Below are positions 1 to 8,378 of a DNA stretch of 32,000 bases, in pieces; the first letter of the stretch is position 1; the number at the start of each line of letters is the position of its first letter. The notes under the pieces were generated by a model. The model was not told the origin of the DNA. It did no database searches and saw nothing but the letters and a program-made list of their open reading frames with translations. The position numbers and the translations under genes are program-made. Location of the stretch: contig NZ_LN831039.1 of assembly GCF_001457595.1 (NCBI RefSeq), forward strand, positions 1,170,001-1,202,000. The letters are read 5' to 3'. The stretch comes from Mycolicibacterium smegmatis (GTDB taxonomy: Bacteria > Actinomycetota > Actinomycetes > Mycobacteriales > Mycobacteriaceae).

Positions 1-185
1 CCACTGCTCCGTCGCTCATGACGCTCACCAACCGACTCATGAAGGCCCACCACAGGATTCGCGAGCTCGAAGCCAGCGAGGCCGAGCTGCGCGAGAAAAC
101 CAAGGTGCTCTGCGCCGTCATCGCCAAACTCACCACCGAGGTGCAGTCGCGTTCGGATGCCGAGCCGGTCATGGAGGACGCCTGA
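1..185 (+). CDS. C-terminal fragment of a small helical/coiled-coil protein, truncated by the window edge; possibly the TnpC/DUF6262-like accessory protein of tyrosine-recombinase transposons
   Basis: Frame 3 is open from the window start to TGA 183-185: ...APSLMTLTNRLMKAHHRIRELEASEAELREKTKVLCAVIAKLTTEVQSRSDAEPVMEDA*. The family suggestion is a weak inference from the heptad-like C-terminus. Confidence 0.45.
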   Translation, partial: TAPSLMTLTNRLMKAHHRIRELEASEAELREKTKVLCAVIAKLTTEVQSRSDAEPVMEDA

Positions 186-325
186 TGACCGCCGAACTGT
201 CGACAACCGACCAGACGCTCGGGATCGATCCCGATGCGGTGGACCGCCTCCTTCTCATCGCCCTTCAGCGATGGGAGTCCGATGGAGGTGCCGTCCCCCC
301 TCGAATGGTCCGACAACACGAATGA
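185..325 (+). CDS. Small hypothetical protein (46 aa), stop/start-overlapped with the upstream ORF
   Basis: TGATG overlap at 183-187; MTAELSTTDQTLGIDPDAVDRLLLIALQRWESDGGAVPPRMVRQHE*. It ends 9 nt before the GTG of the next gene. Confidence 0.4.
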   Translation: MTAELSTTDQTLGIDPDAVDRLLLIALQRWESDGGAVPPRMVRQHE

Positions 326-334
326 GGAGACCAC

Positions 335-1462
335 GTGGACGTTTTGGAACGACTCGACCTCGACACCGTCCGAGAACTGTCGCAGCGGACCGACAGGCTG
401 GGAGTGGTGTCGCTGTACTTCAATGCCGACCCTACCCAGAACCTGCAGGTGCAGGCCATCGATCTGAGAAACCGATACCGGTTGTTACATCGCCGCATGG
501 AAGCCGATGGCTCCCAACGCTATCGGGACGTCGCCGCAGCGCTGGAGCGCCGCAGGCCGCTCATCGAGACCCTGATCACCGGAGTCGCGTCGGGCCGCGG
601 GCGCATCATGTTCATCGGGTTGGACGGCGACTGGACCGTGCACTTCGAGTGTATGATGCCGGTGACCAACCGTGTGGTGCTCGACGACGGCCCTTTCATC
701 CACCCGCTGGTGGAAGTTCTCGACGAAGGCCGCCCGGCCGGCGTCGTGGTGATCTCCGCCGACGATGCGCGGTTGCTGGAATGGCGCCTGGGCCAGCTGC
801 AGGAGATCAGTCGCATCGCGCAGCCGTTCGGTCAGGCGCCGCACGAGCGGGCCGGCCAGATGCGCGAACAGCGCCAGGCCCGCGAGCGTGACGGCATGCA
901 GCGATTCGTGACCCAGGTGACCGCGACCGCGACGGATCTCGCCGAGGAGCGTGGGTGGGAACGGATCGTGGTCAGTGGCGGGCAACGCTGGACCGAGCCG
1001 GCCAAGACGAGGTTCGGTCCTCCGCTGCGCGGCAAGGTGCTGGTGGACCGGGGCCTCGGCGGCCTCGACGACGCTGCGCTGACGGCCGCCGTCACCGCGC
1101 GTCTGCACCGGCAGCACAAGTACGACGAACAGCAACTGCTCGACTACTTGTGTGACGCCGGCGGGACCGGTGATGTCGCACTGGGCCTGTCCGAGGTCGC
1201 CGCCGCACTGAACGCAGGCAGGGTCGACCATCTGGTGTACGACCCGGCCGTGCGCTACGTGGGGTCCGTGGGTGCCGACGGGTCGCTGTACGCCGACGGT
1301 GAGATCGCGCCGCACAGTCACGCGGCGACGAAGGACTCCCGATTCACCGAGCGCCTCGTCGACCGGGCATTGGCCACCGGCGCGAGGATCAGCCCGGTGG
1401 AGGGCGCGGCCGGTGCGGTGCTGAAGGACGCCGCAGGCGTCGCGGCGGTGCTGCGCTGGTGA
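335..1462 (+). CDS. Vms1/eRF1-like (baeRF-family) protein, 375 aa
   Basis: GTG start after a GAGGAGA SD. The protein has the VVSLYFNADP N-terminal motif, an RxGPPLRGKVLVD core and the LKDAAGVAAVLRW C-terminus typical of actinobacterial baeRF proteins. Confidence 0.75.
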   Translation: MDVLERLDLDTVRELSQRTDRLGVVSLYFNADPTQNLQVQAIDLRNRYRLLHRRMEADGSQRYRDVAAALERRRPLIETLITGVASGRGRIMFIGLDGDWTVHFECMMPVTNRVVLDDGPFIHPLVEVLDEGRPAGVVVISADDARLLEWRLGQLQEISRIAQPFGQAPHERAGQMREQRQARERDGMQRFVTQVTATATDLAEERGWERIVVSGGQRWTEPAKTRFGPPLRGKVLVDRGLGGLDDAALTAAVTARLHRQHKYDEQQLLDYLCDAGGTGDVALGLSEVAAALNAGRVDHLVYDPAVRYVGSVGADGSLYADGEIAPHSHAATKDSRFTERLVDRALATGARISPVEGAAGAVLKDAAGVAAVLRW

Positions 1463-1551
1463 GTCCGGCCGTAATCCGCAGGGCCGCAACGTCGCACCCG
1501 GGTGACGGCCGACACGTGTCGAAAAGGCGTACAGCGGGTACTAGTTGACGC

Positions 1552-2037
1552 ATGCGACCGATCACCTTGGCCAAGACAGCATCTGCAGTAATCGCGACGG
1601 GAGTCGTCGGCGGGCTCGCGAGCCGCGGGTCACAGACTGCCTGGTATCAGTCGCTGCGCAAGCCGTCGTTCCAGCCGCCGCCTGCGGCGTTCCCGATCGC
1701 GTGGAACCTGCTGTACGCCGATATCGCGTCGACGTCGGCCCACACCATCGACAAGTTCCAGGAGCAGAACCGTGACGACAAGGCCCGCGCCTATTCGGTG
1801 GCTTTGGCCGCCAACCTGATCCTCAATGCGAGCTGGTCGTGGATCTTCTTCAACCGCGGCAAGCTCGGCACCGCTGCCATCGCGGCCGGGGCGCTCGCGG
1901 CCAGCAGCGCCGACCTCACCCGTCGTGCGGTCGACGCGCAGGGCGCACGCGGTGCGATCCTCGCGCCCTACCCGCTGTGGTGCACGTTCGCGACGGTGCT
2001 CTCGACGCGGATCTGGATGCTCAACCGCAAGCGCTGA
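1552..2037 (+). CDS. TspO/MBR-family membrane protein
   Basis: 161 aa; 'WYQSLRKPSFQPPPAAFPIAWNLLY' is the TspO signature (W-Y-x-x-L-x-K-P-x-x-x-P-P), followed by NLILNASWSWIFF and the C-terminal TM helices. Confidence 0.88.
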   Translation: MRPITLAKTASAVIATGVVGGLASRGSQTAWYQSLRKPSFQPPPAAFPIAWNLLYADIASTSAHTIDKFQEQNRDDKARAYSVALAANLILNASWSWIFFNRGKLGTAAIAAGALAASSADLTRRAVDAQGARGAILAPYPLWCTFATVLSTRIWMLNRKR

Positions 2038-2060
2038 GTTCCCCTGCATGAGTTCCCCGC

Positions 2061-2120
2061 ATCGAGCGTGCGTCCAGGGCGGAATCCGAGCCGGATCTCC
2101 GCCACTGGCGCACGCTCGAA
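2061..2120. terminator. Long imperfect inverted repeat between convergent genes (putative bidirectional terminator)
   Basis: CGAGCGTGCGtCCA (2063-2076) faces TGGCGCACGCTCG (2106-2118). An inner GCGGAaTCC/GGATcTCCGC pairing continues the stem. Confidence 0.6.
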
Positions 2121-3350
2121 TCAGCTGAACGGCACCCGCTGATCGATCCGCCGCGACGCCAGGCCCGCGGTGCGCCACACGCGAGCGATCCAGTCGGCGT
2201 CCTCGTCGGTCACCAGGTTGCCCATCACCCGGACCGCGATGGTCATCAACGTCGCCGACCGCATCGCCACAGGCCCGGTGACCTGCAGGAAGCGCGGCAG
2301 CGTCAGCAGCAACGCGAGCCTGCGCGCCACCGAGAACCCGCGCGCGTAGTGCTCCTGCAGCAGCGTCGGCCAGGCCGAGGAGTAGTCGGTCACGCCGCCG
2401 GAGGTCATGAGTTCGGCGGCCAGCCGTCCTGTCTCCAGCCCGTAGTCGATGCCCTCGCCGTTGAGCGGGTTGACGCATGCCGCGGCGTCGCCGATCAGCA
2501 TCCAGTTGGGCCCGGCGACGCCCGAGACCGCGCCACCCATCGGTAGCAGCGCCGACAGTCCGGCGCGCGGTTCGCCGACCAGACCCCACTCCTCGCGGCG
2601 CAGGTCGGCGTAATAGGACATAAGTGGCCGCAGGGCCGCATCGGCAGGACGCTTCGCGGTCGCAAGCGCGCCGACGCCGATGTTCACCTCGCCGTTGCCC
2701 AGCGGGAACATCCAGCCGTACCCGGGTAGCACCTTGCCCTCGGGGGAGCGCAGTTCGAGGTGCGACGTGATCCAGGGCTCGGACGCGCGGGGGCTCGCGA
2801 TGTAGCCGCGGATCGCCACGCCGTACACGGTCTCCCTGTGCCAGGTACGGCCCAGCACGCGGCCCAGCGTCGAACGCGCGCCGTCGGCCACGATGAGCTG
2901 CGCGCAACCGACGGTGTTGCCGTCGTCGAGCACCACGGCGTCCACGCGGCCGCTCGAATCATGGGTCACATCAACGACTTTGGTGCCCAGCATCATCTTG
3001 GCGCCGTCGTCGGCGGCGACCGAGCGGATCCGGTCGTCGAGTTCGGTACGCGGCACCGCGCTGCTTGTCGCGGGGAATGACGGACCCGGCCACGGAATCT
3101 CGACGTCGGCGCCGAACCCCGACATGCGCAGCCCGTGGTGGCGGATGCGGGTGTCCAGCCACGAAGCCATCCCGAGGCGCTGCAGTTCGGCCACGGCACG
3201 CGGCGTCAGCCCGTCCCCGCACGCCTTGTCACGGGGAAACTGCGCGGCGTCGACCACGACCACGTCGCGACCTGCGCGTGCGGCCCATGCCGCGGCAGCC
3301 GAACCAGCCGGTCCGGCTCCGACGACGACCACATCCGCTCGGGTGTTCAT
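2121..3350 (-). CDS. menJ: Menaquinone reductase / geranylgeranyl reductase family FAD-dependent oxidoreductase (MenJ, Rv0561c-like)
   Basis: ATG at 3350, TGA at 2121; MNTRADVVVVGAGPAGSAAAAWAARAGRDVVVVDAAQFPRDKACGDGLTPRAVAEL, GDAAACVNPLNGEGIDYGLETGRLAAE; sits beside grcC1 and htpX as in mycobacteria. Confidence 0.9.
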   Translation of the reverse strand: MNTRADVVVVGAGPAGSAAAAWAARAGRDVVVVDAAQFPRDKACGDGLTPRAVAELQRLGMASWLDTRIRHHGLRMSGFGADVEIPWPGPSFPATSSAVPRTELDDRIRSVAADDGAKMMLGTKVVDVTHDSSGRVDAVVLDDGNTVGCAQLIVADGARSTLGRVLGRTWHRETVYGVAIRGYIASPRASEPWITSHLELRSPEGKVLPGYGWMFPLGNGEVNIGVGALATAKRPADAALRPLMSYYADLRREEWGLVGEPRAGLSALLPMGGAVSGVAGPNWMLIGDAAACVNPLNGEGIDYGLETGRLAAELMTSGGVTDYSSAWPTLLQEHYARGFSVARRLALLLTLPRFLQVTGPVAMRSATLMTIAVRVMGNLVTDEDADWIARVWRTAGLASRRIDQRVPFS

Positions 3351-3371
3351 GGTTCCCAGTATGTTGGCAGA

Positions 3372-4379
3372 GTGAGTACCCCAGCGACCGTGGTGGCAGG
3401 CGTTGACTTCGGCGATCCGGCATTCGCCGCCGACGTCCGCGACGGTGTGGCCCGTATCGAGGACCTGATGTCCGATGAGCTGGGCAAAGCCGACGAGTTG
3501 ATGGCCGAGGCCGTCCAGCACCTGTTCCAGGCCGGTGGCAAACGCTTCCGCCCGCTGTTCACGGTCCTGTCGGCGCAACTCGGCCCTGAACCGGACGCCT
3601 GGCAGGTCACGGTGGCCGGCGCGGTCATCGAACTCGTGCACCTCGCGACGCTGTACCACGACGACGTCATGGACGAGGCGCAGATGCGCCGCGGTGCGCA
3701 GAGCGCCAACGCACGCTGGGGCAACAACATCGCGATCCTCGCCGGCGACTACCTGTTCGCCACGGCGTCGCGACTCGTGTCCCGTCTGGGTCCCGACGCG
3801 GTGCGTGTGATTGCTGACACATTTGCTCAGCTGGTCACCGGCCAGATGCGGGAGACACGCGGCGCGGCCGACCACGTCGACTCCGTCGACCACTACCTCA
3901 AGGTCGTCTACGAGAAGACCGCGTGCCTGATCGCGGCCTCGGGCCGGTTCGGTGCGACGTTCTCCGGCGCCAACGACGAGCAGATCGAGCGGCTGAGCCG
4001 GCTCGGCGGCATCGTCGGCACGGCGTTCCAGATCGCCGACGACATCATCGACATCGACAGCGACCCCGACGAGTCCGGCAAGACGCCCGGCACCGACCTG
4101 CGTGAAGGCGTTCACACCCTGCCGGTGCTGTACGCGCTGCGCGAGACCGGACCTGACGCCGACCGGCTGCGTGAACTGCTGGCCGGTCCCATCGAGCGCG
4201 ACGAGGACGTGGCCGAGGCCCTGGCGCTGCTGCGCAGGTCACCGGGGCTGACCAAGGCCAAGGAGACCGTCGCGTCGTACGCGGCGCAGGCCCGCGAAGA
4301 GCTTTCCCACCTGCCGGAGTGCCCGGGCCGTCAGGCGCTCGCGGTGCTCGTGGACTACACGATCAGCCGGGAAGGCTGA
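3372..4379 (+). CDS. grcC1: Polyprenyl/heptaprenyl diphosphate synthase (GrcC1-like)
   Basis: GTG start; VIELVHLATLYHDDVMDEAQMRRG (first Asp-rich motif), GTAFQIADDIIDIDSD (second Asp-rich motif). Confidence 0.9.
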   Translation: MSTPATVVAGVDFGDPAFAADVRDGVARIEDLMSDELGKADELMAEAVQHLFQAGGKRFRPLFTVLSAQLGPEPDAWQVTVAGAVIELVHLATLYHDDVMDEAQMRRGAQSANARWGNNIAILAGDYLFATASRLVSRLGPDAVRVIADTFAQLVTGQMRETRGAADHVDSVDHYLKVVYEKTACLIAASGRFGATFSGANDEQIERLSRLGGIVGTAFQIADDIIDIDSDPDESGKTPGTDLREGVHTLPVLYALRETGPDADRLRELLAGPIERDEDVAEALALLRRSPGLTKAKETVASYAAQAREELSHLPECPGRQALAVLVDYTISREG

Positions 4380-4382
4380 TCA

Positions 4383-4408
4383 GGAACCCAAACGGGTTGC
4401 TGGGCGTT
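4383..4408 (+). promoter_or_regulatory. Putative SigE/SigH-type ECF promoter for htpX
   Basis: GGAACC (4383-4388), 16 nt spacer, CGTT (4405-4408), 57 nt upstream of the htpX ATG. Confidence 0.55.
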
Positions 4409-4453
4409 TAACTGTCGAGTAACTGTCGGGGACATTTCCCAGTTTCTAGCTGA

Positions 4454-5353
<900 letters not shown>

Positions 5354-5389
5354 GTCTGGTTGCACCCGGGGTTCTCTCGCTTTTTTGCA

Positions 5390-5678
5390 CCGCGAGCGAG
5401 CGTGGTTGCTCCGCAACACGCCGCTCGCGGTCGGCATTTGACGCACGCTCGTGATGCCTGAGCGTGCGCACAGGTTCGCGACGCCCGTGCGAGCCCACGT
5501 CTTTCACTGCTCGTAACGCAGTGGCGGCCGCGAGCGCGTTTTTCCGCCGTGGCGTTACGAGCGGCGTACCCGGACTGGGTGCGGGATCGCGAGCGGATTC
5601 CACGCACGCTCACCGCGGTCGAACGTGCGCGCGCTTGCTGCCCCGCACGGAGTGTCGGGCAGCAGACGCGCACGTTCG
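5390..5678. repeat. Cluster of inverted repeats/hairpins in non-coding DNA
   Basis: Four separate stems: 5390-5408/5414-5430; 5442-5450/5460-5468 (9/9 bp); 5509-5519/5552-5562 (11/11 bp); 5620-5631/5667-5678 (12/12 bp). Confidence 0.75.
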
Positions 5679-6048
5679 CGGTGCCGGGGCGAGCGTCGGA
5701 GGGTCCTCAGCAACCGCGAATTTGTCGAGTTCGCCGCGGCGGAGAATGGGCGCCTGAATTCACCCGGATATCTTCACAACCGGACCGTGCTTACAAAGTC
5801 TGCCCGCGCTACTCGGCGGCGCGAGTGGCGACCATGACGTCGCCCATGCTCACAGTGGTTCTGCCAGTGTGGATTCCGAGACCAGACCGACGCGCGTCTC
5901 CCGATGCGAGGCGCCCGCCCAAACATATGAATTCCCTATGACTCTCATGTCGAATTGAAATGTTTGGTTCCGCTATGAACTTCTGGCCCCCAGCTAATTG
6001 CCTTCATACGCTGAAATCACATTCAGCCAGAAAAGAAAGGCAATTCCG

Positions 6049-6348
6049 ATGCGAACCACAATCATCGCCACAGTTACCGCAGGTCTCGCCATGGCCGGCA
6101 TGGCACTCGCCGGCGGTGCCGCGGCCGCACCCACAGGCGACACGTCGGCAGACCAGACCATCCGGCAACTGCAGTCCGAGGGCTACCGCGTCATCCAGAC
6201 CAGGGTGGGCAACAAATCGAGCGCCAACTGCTCGGTGAGCGCGGTCCGGCCGGGTCGTGACGTCACCGAACTGAGGGAGTCGACGCGCGGCAACACCGAG
6301 GAGTTCGTCCGCTACACGACCGTGTACGTCGACCTCAAATGCGACTGA
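6049..6348 (+). CDS. Small exported protein, 99 aa, function unknown
   Basis: Signal peptide MRTTIIATVTAGLAMAGMALAGGAAAAPTG; two Cys in the mature part; AGAAAGG SD upstream. Confidence 0.8.
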   Translation: MRTTIIATVTAGLAMAGMALAGGAAAAPTGDTSADQTIRQLQSEGYRVIQTRVGNKSSANCSVSAVRPGRDVTELRESTRGNTEEFVRYTTVYVDLKCD

Positions 6349-6394
6349 CACGAGACCGCTGGCCCGGCGCATGGGGCCGGGTTAGGGTAGCGGC

Positions 6395-6919
6395 GTGCTG
6401 AGCAGACTGCTGGTTGGACTGGCAAGCGCCGCGGGGGCGGCAGTGATGAGCGTTCCTGGCGTCGCCGCGGCTGATCCGCAGGCCGATCCACCGCCACCCA
6501 CGGTTCCCAACGTCAACGCGTATCCGCCGGTCAAGACCTCGGAGTACGCCGTGATGGACAACAACTGGTACGCCTTCAGCATCGGCGAAGGCATCACGTG
6601 CGTCCTGCAGCGCACCGGCAGCTACGGGTGCAGCGGGCCCATCCCCGCCGCACCCAACGGCGCCAACCTGGTCAGCGGCGGTCCGGGCGTGCCCGGCTTC
6701 GCGAGCTCGCCCGCACCGGTGTTCGCCGTCGTCAGCGACGCCAAGCCGCTGCCGCCGAACACCCGCCTGAGCTATCAGACGATCAGCTGCGGCTTCGATG
6801 GCGTGACGACGGCGTGCATCGATGGACGCAACCAGGCGGGCTTCGTGATCAGCCCGACCGGAAGCTTCGTCATCGGTCAGCAGGAATCGGATTTCAAGCC
6901 GACCTTCCAGATCGGCTGA
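6395..6919 (+). CDS. Exported protein of unknown function, 174 aa
   Basis: GTG start, signal peptide MSRLLVGLASAAGAAVMSVPGVAAADPQ; 4 Cys in the mature region; TAGGGT-N6-GTG leaderless-type start. Confidence 0.8.
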   Translation: MLSRLLVGLASAAGAAVMSVPGVAAADPQADPPPPTVPNVNAYPPVKTSEYAVMDNNWYAFSIGEGITCVLQRTGSYGCSGPIPAAPNGANLVSGGPGVPGFASSPAPVFAVVSDAKPLPPNTRLSYQTISCGFDGVTTACIDGRNQAGFVISPTGSFVIGQQESDFKPTFQIG

Positions 6920-6920
6920 G

Positions 6921-8360
6921 TCAGCCGATCCCTTCGAGCGTCTCGACGTCGCTCGTGCCGATGTTGGCGACGACGTGCGGTGACCGCCTGCGCAGGATCA
7001 AGTACCACGCCAGTGCCGCGGCCACTGTGAGGATGAACAGCCACGGGATGACGTTGAGCGGGTAGGGCGGCACCGGATAGACGTTGGCGTAGAACACATA
7101 TGCCATCGACACGATCGCGACGATCGCGGCAGGCCACACGAGGGGGACCCGTGCGTTGATGCTGCGCAGGTACACCACGGCGGCGAGCGCGGCCGCGGCG
7201 TAGGCCACCATGTAGCCATATGTGCCGTAGGTGTCCACCCAGGTGACGACGTCCATCGGCGCGACATCGCGCAGGTACATCACCACCGGGACGGCGATGA
7301 CCAGCGGTGCGACGGTGATCAGGGCCCGGTGCGGCGTCAGATGCGTGGGATGGGTGCGCCCGATCGCCGACGGCACGACGCCTTCCTTGCCCATGACGTA
7401 CAGGATTCGACCGATGACATTCATGGGAGCGACGACCACCGCGAAGAACGACGCAGCGATCCCGAAGTTGAGGATGGGGTTGAACCAGGTGGGCATCCCG
7501 ACGAGCGTCGCGATGTCGTCGAGCGGCTGCGCGGATTCTCCGAGCGCAGGTCCCAGCGCGGCGACCTGCGTGTAGGCGGCGAACACGTACAGGACGCCGA
7601 CGCCTGCCGCGCTCCACATGATCGCGCGGGGTACGGCGCGGTACGGATCCTTGGCCTCGCGGGCGAGGGCGTCGGCGCTGGAGAACCCGACGAACCCGAG
7701 GATCGCCAGCACCATGCCGACGACGATCCCGGACGGTTTCACATCGCTCAGCCGGAACTGGTCGGCGTCGAACGCGTCGGGGCCGAGGTGTACCAGCGTG
7801 ACCACCAGCAGCACCGTGATGATGGAGACCGAGACAAGTTCCAGCACAAGGGAAATACGCGCCGACAGTCTGATTCCCCGGATCGTGAACAGGGTCGCCA
7901 ACGATCCGAGCACGATGGCGAGCACGATCTGCGCGGCAAGGCCACCGACTGCCAGGCCGAGCTGGTTGAGCAGGGTTGCGGTGTAGGCGACCGCCCCGCT
8001 CAGGGATCCGGCCGCGATGCCGAAGCATCCGATCAGCAGGCTCACACCGGTCAGGTATGCACCGAACGGGCCCAAAGCGGTTGCGGCGTAACTGTAGAGC
8101 GAACCCGCAGACGACCGGCGCTTGGCGAACTGGGAGATGCAGTAGCCCACCGACAGGATCACGACGGTGGCAAGCGCGAACGAGATCCAGGTACCGCCGC
8201 TGGCGGTGGTGTAGATCGCCGCGGCGGTGAATGCGATGACGGCGCTCGGTGCGATGTTGGCGATGGCCTGGGCGGCGAGTTCACCGCCGCCCATCACACC
8301 GCGGCGCAGTCCGGCGTCGCCGGTTTCGGTCCGGGGACCGGTCTGAAGAGATTCGGACAC
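6921..8360 (-). CDS. APC-superfamily amino acid/amine permease
   Basis: 479 aa with about 12 hydrophobic segments; AAQAIANIAPSAVIAFTAAAIYTTASGGTWISF, GFVGFSSADALAREAKDPYRAVPRAI. Confidence 0.87.
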   Translation of the reverse strand: MSESLQTGPRTETGDAGLRRGVMGGGELAAQAIANIAPSAVIAFTAAAIYTTASGGTWISFALATVVILSVGYCISQFAKRRSSAGSLYSYAATALGPFGAYLTGVSLLIGCFGIAAGSLSGAVAYTATLLNQLGLAVGGLAAQIVLAIVLGSLATLFTIRGIRLSARISLVLELVSVSIITVLLVVTLVHLGPDAFDADQFRLSDVKPSGIVVGMVLAILGFVGFSSADALAREAKDPYRAVPRAIMWSAAGVGVLYVFAAYTQVAALGPALGESAQPLDDIATLVGMPTWFNPILNFGIAASFFAVVVAPMNVIGRILYVMGKEGVVPSAIGRTHPTHLTPHRALITVAPLVIAVPVVMYLRDVAPMDVVTWVDTYGTYGYMVAYAAAALAAVVYLRSINARVPLVWPAAIVAIVSMAYVFYANVYPVPPYPLNVIPWLFILTVAAALAWYLILRRRSPHVVANIGTSDVETLEGIG

Positions 8361-8378
8361 AGTGGTTCTCGATTCTGG

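Noticed and set aside
1630-2907. Long minus-strand ORF (425 aa) over the tspO-like gene and the menJ 3' part
   Set aside because: Arg/Gly/Ala-rich low-information translation, antisense to a clear TspO-family gene and in the wrong frame for menJ; a high-GC shadow ORF.
3351-4115. Upstream extension of the menJ ORF to 4115
   Set aside because: It crosses grcC1 antisense. The Rossmann motif starts immediately after ATG 3350, so the true start is there.
5549-5941. Plus-strand 130 aa ORF within the post-htpX hairpin cluster
   Set aside because: It runs through inverted repeats, has no SD or family motif, and its codon pattern is unconvincing; the region is better explained as non-coding.
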